Below are positions 46,419 to 56,041 of a stretch of 64,000 nucleotides of DNA, piece after piece. The DNA is from an uncultured Hormoscilla sp. GTDB taxonomy: Bacteria > Cyanobacteriota > Cyanobacteriia > Cyanobacteriales > Desertifilaceae. Each line of letters starts with the position of its first letter. The first letter of the stretch is position 1. The notes beneath the pieces are model-generated. The model was given only the letters and a program-made list of their open reading frames with translations. It ran no database searches and had not been told where the DNA came from. Position numbers and translations under genes: made by a program. The DNA lies in NCBI GenBank assembly GCA_963921275.4, contig OZ001293.3:2944001-3008000 (forward strand). Direction: 5' to 3'.

Positions 46419-47636
46419 CTACTGAAGTTCTCCCGTTACCAACCTCCTCAAAATCTCGGTCACTTCCGCAGCCATCCGGGCATCTACCTCTACGGCCTCC
46501 CGGTCGCGTAGCGTGCGCGCAGCGCAATCGAAATCACCCAATGCTTTGGCACAGCGCAGGGTCATGGCCACAGAGATTAGTTTGTCCTGGTAATCAAACT
46601 GAGTAAAGCAGGTGTAAGTTAACTCGGTGCGCTGTTGCCAGCTACTGTAGCCAAAGCCCATTTTCGAGAGTATGACAGGCTTGGAGATCCTATTTTGGAT
46701 GCCTAGCTTCTCAATGGCTACGTCAAGGTAGCGGCCAGGATCTTTACCCAGAGCAAGAATAAATGGTTTCAAGTTGTCCCAAGAACTTCCAGGCAATTGC
46801 GCTGTCGATGGCAGGTGATAATGCCACCCTACCATTGAGATGATTCTCGTCAAGTCATAAGCTGTCACCGAGTTTTCGGTCTTCTCTGTTTCTGGTGCAG
46901 CAGTCAATAGCACCTCATCTGACTTAATCACTTCCGGGTTAGCAATAAACGGATCTTCACCATACATCCCCCGAAATATGGTATGGGGCGTACCAGTAAT
47001 TCCCTTCAGCCATGCTTCTAAATCAGCAAATGTCTGAAAACGCTTAAACATGGCTGCTATAGAATTAGAACTACCTATCTTTGAGTCATAGGTAACAATA
47101 TCCTCGATCAGTTCCGGGATGCCAAAGCTTTTGCCATCACCCCTGACTGCACAAGCATTGATATCTGTCTTGAGGGAACAGATGACATTCAGAATGGGAA
47201 TGATTTTGGTCGTACTCCAAAACTCACCCCGGACGCGGGCTTCTCTTCCCAACCAACGGGCTTTGAATGGCCCTCCTTCCGCACCGCCAATGCAAATACA
47301 GGCTTGCTTGATGTCGGGATGGAGAAATTCTAGTGCTTGTTCGTCAATTGCGGGCAACTCCCCTACTTGGGGATAAGAGGGAACTCCCCCGATCGCCAAG
47401 GAAGGCTGTTCGGTTAAATAGTCTGGGTAATTCTCCACCTGACTGTGATAGGGTGAGTTTTTAATCCCTTTGTCTAGAAAAGCTAGCTTATAGCTGTTGA
47501 AGCCTGCTTCTGAGTCTAGAAACTGATTGTAGACCAGATTCCGATCTTGGGCTATTGTCAGAGAGACGGTCTCGCTGACGAAATTAAAAAAGTTAGTAAT
47601 CAGCTCAGTTATCGTATGAAGTGTCAATTCATTCAT
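46419..47636 (-). CDS. hypothetical protein with beta-lactamase/PBP-like motifs
   Basis: FWSTTK (SxxK), SSN (SxN), SKMG (KTG-like) in canonical order. Confidence 0.6.
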   Translation of the reverse strand: MNELTLHTITELITNFFNFVSETVSLTIAQDRNLVYNQFLDSEAGFNSYKLAFLDKGIKNSPYHSQVENYPDYLTEQPSLAIGGVPSYPQVGELPAIDEQALEFLHPDIKQACICIGGAEGGPFKARWLGREARVRGEFWSTTKIIPILNVICSLKTDINACAVRGDGKSFGIPELIEDIVTYDSKIGSSNSIAAMFKRFQTFADLEAWLKGITGTPHTIFRGMYGEDPFIANPEVIKSDEVLLTAAPETEKTENSVTAYDLTRIISMVGWHYHLPSTAQLPGSSWDNLKPFILALGKDPGRYLDVAIEKLGIQNRISKPVILSKMGFGYSSWQQRTELTYTCFTQFDYQDKLISVAMTLRCAKALGDFDCAARTLRDREAVEVDARMAAEVTEILRRLVTGELQ

Positions 47637-47683
47637 TCCTACTACTGCTCCTTTTCCTGCTCAAAAGCATCACGGACGATGGA

Positions 47684-49641
47684 TTACAAAAACCACAAAC
47701 GCCGATCGCGCTGCATTCCTGGCGGGAGCAGGTCTTTTAAGGCACGCGACGCTGCCCGATCGGCATAATAGGTGGTAATGGGTAAGCGGACAGTCTGAGT
47801 CGTGCCCACTTGCATCAGACTTAACCAGTATACCTGTTCGGCGAGGGTAAGTAAATCCGTCTCGCCCATCCTTTTTCTAATGCGCAGGGGACGGGGAGCA
47901 CTCTTAGGACTTACTTTAGTCTCGCGCCGACCCGTCGTCAGAATCACCGCTTCATTGCGAGCATATTCCCAAGCATATCCATTTTCCGGGTTCCTGGAAT
48001 TCTTAGGATTCTCTGGGTTATATTCTACAGCTCGACAAGTCCCTGATTTGATTACTTCCACCACATCCACCTGTTTTATTCCGGCTACATGTTTCTGCAA
48101 ATCCGAAATTGCTTCCATCTCTGCATCTCGAACATCCCCGTCGCGATGAATCACTAAATGTTGGAGCTTGCACTTAAAATGGCGATCGTACAATATGACA
48201 AAATTTCCTAACCAATCCATGAGTTGAACGCGATTGAGGGCTTCTCTGTAGACAGGAAACTTAGCTGTTGACCAACCGATCGTCCTACCGGTTCTGTCTA
48301 TCAAGAACGCTGCCGCGACTGTGTCCCTATTTTTCCTGCCAAAATCTAGACCAATAAAAGCTTGGGCTTTTCCTGGCATATCCTTCAGACGCCAACTGAA
48401 ATGACCGAGTTTGGCATTGATTCCCAGAATTACATTCCGACCGATATACTCGTTCCATCCCCTTTTGAGGGTAGATTTGGTAATCATCTGAGATGGCAGT
48501 TGCCGCTTGACAAATTCCTGCTTAATCAGTTCGTAAGGATTGACCTCTCGCGTAAAGTATTTTTCCCCCGGTTTGGGAACGTAAGCAATGACAGCAGCTT
48601 ATGCGCTTTCATTCCAGCCGCTGGATAGGGAAATAAACCTTTTCCAAAATCGAGATTACTCGAACCCTGCTTAAAGTTTTGCAGGTTTCGCGGTTCGCGC
48701 AGGGACTCGGAAAACTTGACGGGAATGTCATTCAGATGAAAGCGATTTTTGGCGTTGAGAAACTTAATGCTGGAGATCGCCTTCTCGACTTTTTCGCCAA
48801 TGGGCAATAGTTGCTGTTTTAAAAACTCATCTTCTACGTCTTCTCGGTCATAAATTTTCCGCAACAGTTGCGGCATGTGGCTGGCCTCAAAATCTATTTT
48901 CCCACTATTTTTATACTTCACCGTGACCGCTGGTGTCGAGGGGTCTAAGGAATTAAGTAATTCATTATCCAGGTTACCTTTTTGCTTGTGGTAGTCAAGG
49001 ACACTCTTATTCCCTAGGGCAGATAGTATAGTGCTAATGTTTTTTTCCTTGTCGATGCGGACAAATTCACAAACCTTGTCATCATACTTGTGCAGCAAGC
49101 GATCGCCAGGATCCAAACTGTCCAGTCCCAGTTGGTCGATCGTCAACTGGGAGTGATACTCGTTAGCGAAGTCAAGCACTAAAACTAAATGCTGATTTTC
49201 TTCTCGGATAAAGTAAAATTTCAGATACATTTGACCTTCCATCCCATCCGTAGTTACCCTCTCTTTGGAATAAATACGTTGGCGCTCGCGATCTACTTTC
49301 GGAGGATGCTTGGCGCTCTGAAAAGCATTATACAGGGCAAAGTTGCAAACCTGGAACAAGTAGCGATTGTATCTGGGTTCAGCTAAGTTAATTGACTCTT
49401 CGTCTATAATACTGTAGCGATCGTCCTGTCTGGCCAACGGAACTAAACTTAAAATGGCACAGTTAGTGATGTCTGCAAGAATGGCAGTTTTGTGTTTCCA
49501 TTTCAGACTCCTAGCTAACGTTCCCAGTTTTCTGGGTAGTTCGTCACTTGCTGCATTTAGTCTGACGCGATAGCGGGTGTAAGGTAGTGAGACGATCGGC
49601 TTTTGACTGACAAAGCTCAATTCTCGTATTAGCATCGGCAT
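47684..49641 (-). pseudogene. ago: long prokaryotic Argonaute, split by an apparent internal deletion/frameshift
   Basis: PIWI motifs NAKLG, FIGLDFG, VIHRDG, EVIKSG, LPITTYYAD; MID Y..IK..PSQMI in the downstream frame; frame switch near 48595. Confidence 0.88.
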
Positions 49642-50019
49642 TGACTCCCTTGACTTGACTTAGCTTACCATAATCTGGGCGATCCATAACTGCTATATTT
49701 TTTTGTCGCCTGTGCTACTGTTTTTGACTGGTGACCGGACCAGAATCCCCAAGGTTCTGTCGCGCTATTAAATTGCAGAGGTCGAAAAGCTGATGTCTTT
49801 GTTATCAATGGCTTTCCCAATTTAAAATTTTGAATTGCTTAGTCACTCTTCAATGCTACTATATAAATTATAGATCCTATAGGGTTTCCTGTCCTTCAGT
49901 GGTCAAAAGTAGTTGTATTAGTGGGGAACAGGGAACGGAGAACGGGGAACAGGAAACGCTCGCAGGGAACGGCGAACGGTTGCCAACGGGCGCAAGACCA
50001 CACCCGTTTAAAACCCCGA

Positions 50020-50720
50020 CGGAGAGGTTTGAAACCCAAACGCGCGTCTTGAATCTTGCCAAGTATTCCCTGAATCTCCTCAATATCATAACCGTCAAGG
50101 AATCTGAACACGGAGGATGCCAGATACTCCCGATCGATAAAATGTGCAACGCCCTCTCCAGCTTTCGCCAGGGAGTTGCCTTCCATTCATCTTTAACGCA
50201 GAGTTGCGCGACTTTAACGTAGAGTCACGCGACTTTAACGCAGAGTCACGCGACTTTAATGCAGAGTTGCGCGACTTTAACGCAGAGTTGCGCGACTTTA
50301 ACGCAGAGTTGCGCGACTTTAACGCAGAGTTGCGCGACTTTAACGCAGAGTTGCGCGACTTTATATATTGGTTATATGACTTTTACGCAGATGCTCCGAA
50401 TATAAGGGTTTTGAAGGTTGCACAATCACGGGATGATAAGGGCTGCTAATGGCTAATACTCAAAGGTTAATCTAGATAGTCATTGGTAGTCATGAATAGA
50501 TTGATTTACTCTTTGCAATTAGCAATTTTCAACCATTGGCTCTTCCAAATGGCTTTATCCACTCGACATACTCGGTTTCCTCGACATTACCATAGGTTTT
50601 CTTGCGGCGCAGGGCAAAAGGCGGGGAAGTCATGACAAGATCGATACTGTTGTCTAGCAACTCTGCTAGGAGTTCAAAGGAATCACCTACGTAGGCTTGA
50701 CCTCTTGTTGTGTGATAAAT
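50020..50720 (-). pseudogene. PvuII-type N4-cytosine methyltransferase, shattered
   Basis: N-part GDS..L..SIDLVMTSPPFALRRKKTYGN (50540-50720); C-part EYLASSVFRFLD (about 50020-50135) resembles the M.PvuII C-terminus as I recall it; middle missing. Confidence 0.75.
50191..50363. repeat. 21-bp tandem array, about 8 copies
   Basis: unit CTTTAACGCAGAGTTGCGCGA. Confidence 0.95.
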
Positions 50721-51855
50721 TTGAATTAAAGGTATCAACAAGAGCCGTCGCTGAAGTTGCCGAAGCGAATTTGCCTAATGCCCATGCTGCTCCTGCCCGT
50801 AGTTCCTCATCACGGTCGCTGTCCTGCAACACCTCAATCAGTATGCTTTTGCTATGTTTCTTTGGTATTTCGGATACCACAATGACTGTTTCCAGTTGTG
50901 TTTGAAGGGGCACGCTCATGACTGGGCTTCGCAGTTTTCTCTCTATGAACTTCCAACCATTCGGGTCGTCGTATGCAGCCAGGGCCGCCGCCGCCTCCAG
51001 TTGAACGTAGATATCCTCATCGGGATCGTTCATCCGGGATGCGAGTGCAGACTTAGCATTGCTATAACCGCGATAACGCAGAGCCTTGGCAGCCGCATAT
51101 CTTTCGCTGAGATTAACACTAGCGAGTTTGTCTGTAAAATATGTTTCATCAATTGGTGGGGGACATTTGAGGTCTGTATAGACAGGTACAACTGACGCAA
51201 CAATTTGATTTGCTTCCACTAGATCTCCTACTTTAACCTGCGGTAACAAGGTTATCTTTCCTCCACTCCGGCTTAACTGGATAGTTTGCCGACGCCCATT
51301 CTGGATCGGAGTAAGACTGACCTTATTAGGTTCCACAGCAAAAACTTGTGACCTCTGTTTGGCAGCGGCACATACCCACACTACCCTGATTTCATAGCCT
51401 TCCTCGACCCCTTTTGGCTGAGTGATAGACACTTGTTCGGCGCTAAAGGCATTACGCAGATCGCTGACGCTAACAAAATGAATAGGAGAAATTTGCTTCA
51501 GGTCAACAGGAGAACCATCTTCTTGCTCAAACATAATGATTGAAACCAGGTCATCATCCCGCATTCCAGCATCCCATGATCTCTTGGGATCCTTCAGGGA
51601 ATGAGACATTGATATTTCGAGTTTTGTCTTGCCGCGAGATTCAAACCTAAGCCCCGTGTTTAAGCAGAGGATGTCAGGCATCCGTACACGCTTGATCTTG
51701 ATTTTCTTCCAAATCTTAAAGCCAGTAGACCCGCGATCGAGTTCGATCGGGTTAAAGTCCATGCTTCTCAGATAGGCAATAGTCGCATTTGTCCCGGCTG
51801 CACCAACCGCAAGTTTTCTCAAGAAACTATCGTCGCTCTTAAAATTATTTGCCAT
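50683..51855 (-). CDS. putative nuclease with HEAT repeats, C-terminally truncated
   Basis: PDILC...FESRGK; HEAT-like ERYAAAKAL, VQLEAAAALA, LRAGAAWALG; directly upstream of the MTase. Confidence 0.65.
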   Translation of the reverse strand: MANNFKSDDSFLRKLAVGAAGTNATIAYLRSMDFNPIELDRGSTGFKIWKKIKIKRVRMPDILCLNTGLRFESRGKTKLEISMSHSLKDPKRSWDAGMRDDDLVSIIMFEQEDGSPVDLKQISPIHFVSVSDLRNAFSAEQVSITQPKGVEEGYEIRVVWVCAAAKQRSQVFAVEPNKVSLTPIQNGRRQTIQLSRSGGKITLLPQVKVGDLVEANQIVASVVPVYTDLKCPPPIDETYFTDKLASVNLSERYAAAKALRYRGYSNAKSALASRMNDPDEDIYVQLEAAAALAAYDDPNGWKFIERKLRSPVMSVPLQTQLETVIVVSEIPKKHSKSILIEVLQDSDRDEELRAGAAWALGKFASATSATALVDTFNSNLSHNKRSSLRR

Positions 51856-52028
51856 TTTTGCCCCACCATATATGAAGTCCTTTTCATTTCTGGTATCAAT
51901 GTATTATTTTTGGATCGCGGCATTGCCTGTACTGGCATGCTTCCTACGAAGGAATACGTACTCTACGGGCGATCGGAAAGTGATAGCAGCGATCGCCTTA
52001 AGGAAAGGTGGGCGGTGCCCACCCTACT

Positions 52029-52976
52029 TTAATTAGAACTTTCAACGGATTTAGCATTGCTAGGGGCAAAAATTTGCCGACCCGTTAAACTGTTCAAATA
52101 CATCCCGCCCACGGTAACCAGGAACAGGAGGTAACCCACTGCTTCTACACTATACATCTGTTCCCGGTAGCCAAACAATATTTTCAACAGAATTCCGGGA
52201 AATTGCTTCTGGGGGAGAATGCTTGAGGCATCCCAAACCATTGGTCCTAAGACACATGAACTGTTTGTCGCCAAGTCTCCGTAGAAACATAGCCCTGCTT
52301 GGGAATTCATCTCTGCCAGTTGACTGACAACAATGTCTAAATGTGCTAAAGCAGAGATCACTAAACCAGCAACAATCAGCAGCAACAAGACACCCATCAC
52401 CTGGAAAAAGGCGCGGATGTTGATTTTGACTCCCAATTTGAAGATTAGCAGGCCAATTATTGCCGCCATCACCACGCCGGCGATCGCCCCGACAACTGGA
52501 GTTAACCCTGATTGGAAGTAAGCAAGTACCAAGGAAACCGCCTCAAAGCCTTCTCGTAAGACAGCAATCAGAATTAAAGTAAAGATCCCCCAACCTGCAT
52601 TATCTCGTGCGATCGCCGTTTTCACGGCCCCTGCAACTTCCGCCTTCATCGTTCGGGCCTGTTGAGTCATCCAGACTAGCATCCAACTCAGGAGGGCGAT
52701 CGCGACCAAACTAAATCCCCCTTCCAGAGAGTCTTCTATCACCTCCTCATACTGGGGATAACTAGCAGTTAAACTCGCCATTCCCCAACTAAACAATATC
52801 CCAACTAAGGCACTTGCGACAATTCCCACCGCGATGCCACCATAAACCCAAGGGTTCAACTGACTCTGTTCGGCCTTTTTCAGGCAAGCTAAAACAATTC
52901 CCACCACCAGTGCGGCTTCCACCCCTTCTCTGAGGGTGATTAAAAAAGTTGGTAAAGCTGAAGTCAAATCCATCAT
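52029..52976 (-). CDS. FTR1 family iron permease
   Basis: two RExxE motifs (REGVE, REGFE), multiple TM helices. Confidence 0.92.
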   Translation of the reverse strand: MMDLTSALPTFLITLREGVEAALVVGIVLACLKKAEQSQLNPWVYGGIAVGIVASALVGILFSWGMASLTASYPQYEEVIEDSLEGGFSLVAIALLSWMLVWMTQQARTMKAEVAGAVKTAIARDNAGWGIFTLILIAVLREGFEAVSLVLAYFQSGLTPVVGAIAGVVMAAIIGLLIFKLGVKINIRAFFQVMGVLLLLIVAGLVISALAHLDIVVSQLAEMNSQAGLCFYGDLATNSSCVLGPMVWDASSILPQKQFPGILLKILFGYREQMYSVEAVGYLLFLVTVGGMYLNSLTGRQIFAPSNAKSVESSN

Positions 52977-53024
52977 TTTCTTGCTTATTGCTAATTTCGT
53001 TCCCGGAACGAGGCTAACGAACCA

Positions 53025-53489
53025 TTAACTAAAGTCGCGCAACATTTTTTTAATTTCGATGTTGTGCATTTCTTCCTGACCGATCATGCCGCGAGCAAAT
53101 TCTTCCAGATAAATGCTAGCACCCTCTACTGTATCTAGTAAGTCCTTATACAGTTCCAGGGCTTTTTTCTCGTGGTTGAGGCTTTCTGAGAGAATATCCT
53201 TGACAGAATGCTTATAGGTTTCCTCAATCGGCGCGATTCGCTGGGTCGGATGACCTTCCAAACCCGTGAGAATTTCTCCCACCTGCTGGGCGTGAAGCAG
53301 CGACTCGGTAGCTTGAGTCTTAAAGAAGTTCACGATCGGGATCCGGTTAGGACCGGTCACCATCAGGGAATAGTGAGTATAGCGCACGACCCCTGCCAGT
53401 TCAAATTCCATGATCTGCTTTAGCTGGCCATTGGTCTTTTCTACATCAAGTTCTTTCATTTTCTTGGATGCTATTACTGCTTTCTCCAT
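53025..53489 (-). CDS. ferritin-like / bacterioferritin family protein
   Basis: ELAGVVRY, ESLLHA, HEKKAL..Y, EEMH. Confidence 0.85.
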   Translation of the reverse strand: MEKAVIASKKMKELDVEKTNGQLKQIMEFELAGVVRYTHYSLMVTGPNRIPIVNFFKTQATESLLHAQQVGEILTGLEGHPTQRIAPIEETYKHSVKDILSESLNHEKKALELYKDLLDTVEGASIYLEEFARGMIGQEEMHNIEIKKMLRDFS

Positions 53490-53623
53490 TATCCATCAAT
53501 TGGGACCGATCTCCTTGTCAGCAGCCGGGGCTGACCGGGGCTTTCCTCTTAGGTAAGCCTAGGCTTCTACTATGATATAATGATAGCACAACATCTTTTT
53601 TTTGAGCTCGTTGTTAAACAGAA

Positions 53624-55012
53624 ATGGCTTTAGTAATTGCGGGCGTTAGCAGCGGCGTCGGGAAAACAACTTGTACTCTCTGTATGCTAGCATATTTGCA
53701 ACGCTACGGAGTGCAATCTTTTAAGGTCGGTCCTGATTATATTGACCCGATGTTTCATCAGCATGTCACGGGTCGCCCTTGTCGGAATTTAGATCCGATG
53801 CTGACTGATTCAGAGTACGTACAGCAATGTTTTGCTCTCCATACTCGAGCAGTGGACTTCGCCCTGGTGGAAGGAGTGATGGGACTATTTGATGGCATTT
53901 CTTTCGAGTCTACAACTGATTTTGCCAGTACGGCCCATATCGCTAGGTTACTGGATTTGCCCGTATTATTGGTAATCGATTGTAGTCGGCTATCGGGTTC
54001 CGTAGGAGCGATCGCCCACGGGTATCGGTCTTTCGACCCCAGGATTACAATAGCAGGTGTAGTATTAAATCGGGTAGGGAGCGATCGGCATCTCGAACTG
54101 CTCGAAGCAGCTCTACTGCCCTTGCATTTGCCAATCTTAGGAGTGCTGCGGCGACAGGATAATATTACCATCCCCGATCGGCACTTGGGATTAGTCCCCA
54201 CCGCCGAAATTCACGCACTGGATGCAATAATTGACAAACTGGCCCATTTGGGAGAAAATAGCTTTGACTGGGAACAGCTAATCCCACTCGTGCAATGCTC
54301 CCCCAAATCCCCCATACCGTTCCCAGGGGTCGCCAGGGAACGAGGACATGCAGCAATACCCATGCAGCGATCGCGCCCCAGATTGGCGATCGCCCGGGAT
54401 GCCGCTTTCAGCTTCTACTACCAGGATAACCTCGACCTATTAGAACAGCTAGGGGCCGAATTAATCCCTTGGAGTCCCCTAGCAGACAAGAGTCTACCAG
54501 ACCGAGTGCAGGGATTATATTTTGGAGGCGGGTTTCCAGAAATGTTTGCCCAACAGCTAGCAGAAAACATCCCCGTTCGCCAGGCCCTGCGGTCGGCAAT
54601 CTTGACAGGAATGCCTACCTATGCCGAATGCGGCGGTTTAATGTATTTGTGCGAGTTTCTAGTTGATTTTGCCGGCAAGTCCTGGCCAATGGTAGGAGTA
54701 TTGCCCACATCGACGATCGTGAGCAAAGGGCTAACCTTAGGATATCGACAAGCAATAGCATTGCGAGATAGCCCCCTGCTGCGGACTGCCGAAGTTGTGC
54801 GGGGACATGAGTTTCACCGTTCCCAGCTGACCAAAGCACCCAAAGAACCATTATATCGGACAAAGGGATATGACTCCCGAGGCCAAGCAGGTACGGAAGG
54901 ATGGCAGTTGTATCAACTACATGCTTCCTACATTCATCTTCACTGGGGAGGACTTCCCTCAATTATCGCCCAGTTTTTGCAGTCAATGTCATATACTGGT
55001 AAACTGAGTTAG
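53624..55012 (+). CDS. cobB: cobyrinate a,c-diamide synthase
   Basis: SGVGKT, FKVGPDYIDP, EGVMGLFDG, AECGG, GHEFH. Confidence 0.95.
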   Translation: MALVIAGVSSGVGKTTCTLCMLAYLQRYGVQSFKVGPDYIDPMFHQHVTGRPCRNLDPMLTDSEYVQQCFALHTRAVDFALVEGVMGLFDGISFESTTDFASTAHIARLLDLPVLLVIDCSRLSGSVGAIAHGYRSFDPRITIAGVVLNRVGSDRHLELLEAALLPLHLPILGVLRRQDNITIPDRHLGLVPTAEIHALDAIIDKLAHLGENSFDWEQLIPLVQCSPKSPIPFPGVARERGHAAIPMQRSRPRLAIARDAAFSFYYQDNLDLLEQLGAELIPWSPLADKSLPDRVQGLYFGGGFPEMFAQQLAENIPVRQALRSAILTGMPTYAECGGLMYLCEFLVDFAGKSWPMVGVLPTSTIVSKGLTLGYRQAIALRDSPLLRTAEVVRGHEFHRSQLTKAPKEPLYRTKGYDSRGQAGTEGWQLYQLHASYIHLHWGGLPSIIAQFLQSMSYTGKLS

Positions 55013-55033
55013 AACTAGAATTGGGAAGGATCT

Positions 55034-55384
55034 GTGACTGTATCCGTACAATTTATTGAGGGACTGGATGAGGCGATCGCTGGCATTAGCTTGCGAAAAC
55101 GCCGGAATGATGAAACCAAGATTGTGGTTTTAACCTTCGATCGCCTGCGGGCGATCGAGCAATTTCGGAGCTTGACAAAAAAAATTGACGCCCTGTTGCT
55201 GCGGGATGAAGAAGGGGAGATTCGCGCGATCCCCAGTGGCATTAAGTTTATCTTTGAAAAAGAAGATGAACTGTCAAAAGCATTCTGTACATTTGAAGTC
55301 AACGACCAATCAGCTTTTGAACGAGTGATGCGGTTTTTGCACCGTTATGCAGAAGCGAATGGGTTTGAGTTTCGCTCCGGTTGA
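55034..55384 (+). CDS. psb28: photosystem II protein Psb28 (Psb28-2-like)
   Basis: QFIEGLDE, LRDEEGEI, FERVMRFLHRYAEANG. Confidence 0.9.
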   Translation: MTVSVQFIEGLDEAIAGISLRKRRNDETKIVVLTFDRLRAIEQFRSLTKKIDALLLRDEEGEIRAIPSGIKFIFEKEDELSKAFCTFEVNDQSAFERVMRFLHRYAEANGFEFRSG

Positions 55385-55394
55385 AAGCACGGGC

Positions 55395-55685
55395 CTATTC
55401 CAGATTTTTCGGACCGTCCGCGGGCCGATCGCCCCCGATCGCTGAATGTGATGATTCCTGGTAAGATGCTAGCATCCGGCGCATCAGTGGCGGCCAGATT
55501 AACAGAAAAAATCCCATCCAGGCGCACACGGGCACAGAGACAATAATTGAGATCCAGATGGTCCGGAAGAGAAACCAACTGAGATAGATGATAGTTATAC
55601 CAGTGAGGATAATTGACCAAGGTTGACACCACCAAGGCTTATAATCCCAAGGGTTAATCGGTTTTGGTGCAGATATTTCTTTCAT
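55395..55685 (-). CDS. DUF6737-like small membrane protein
   Basis: WDYKPWWCQPWSIILTG signature. Confidence 0.8.
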   Translation of the reverse strand: MKEISAPKPINPWDYKPWWCQPWSIILTGITIIYLSWFLFRTIWISIIVSVPVCAWMGFFLLIWPPLMRRMLASYQESSHSAIGGDRPADGPKNLE

Positions 55686-56041
55686 GGGTGAGCGGTCAGT
55701 AGTCAGTGGTGAGTGGTAAGTGGGTACGAGCGGGCTGGGCGATCGGGTGCATCAGGTAGATTATACAATAGGCAGGCGATTGCCACCCCGTCAGGCCGGG
55801 AGTGACAACCGGCGATCGCCAGTTCGGGGCCGGGGGCGATCGCCTGGGAGAGAATCGGGGTAGAAAAGGGATTGAAAAAAAAGCGATCGGGAATTATAGT
55901 AAAAAAATCCCGATCGAGCTGTCTCGATCGGGCCAAGGCGATCGCGGTAGGGCAAGGAGATGGTAAAATGCCTGACATAGCCCCCCAGATCAAGGACTCC
56001 GGACCAGAACAGGCAAAGAGAATGAAGAAAAAAGTAAGAAC

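Noticed and set aside
50144..50449. ORF with AELRDFN repeats, or a guide array for Argonaute
   Set aside because: Product of the tandem repeat; no evidence of expression or of a link to ago
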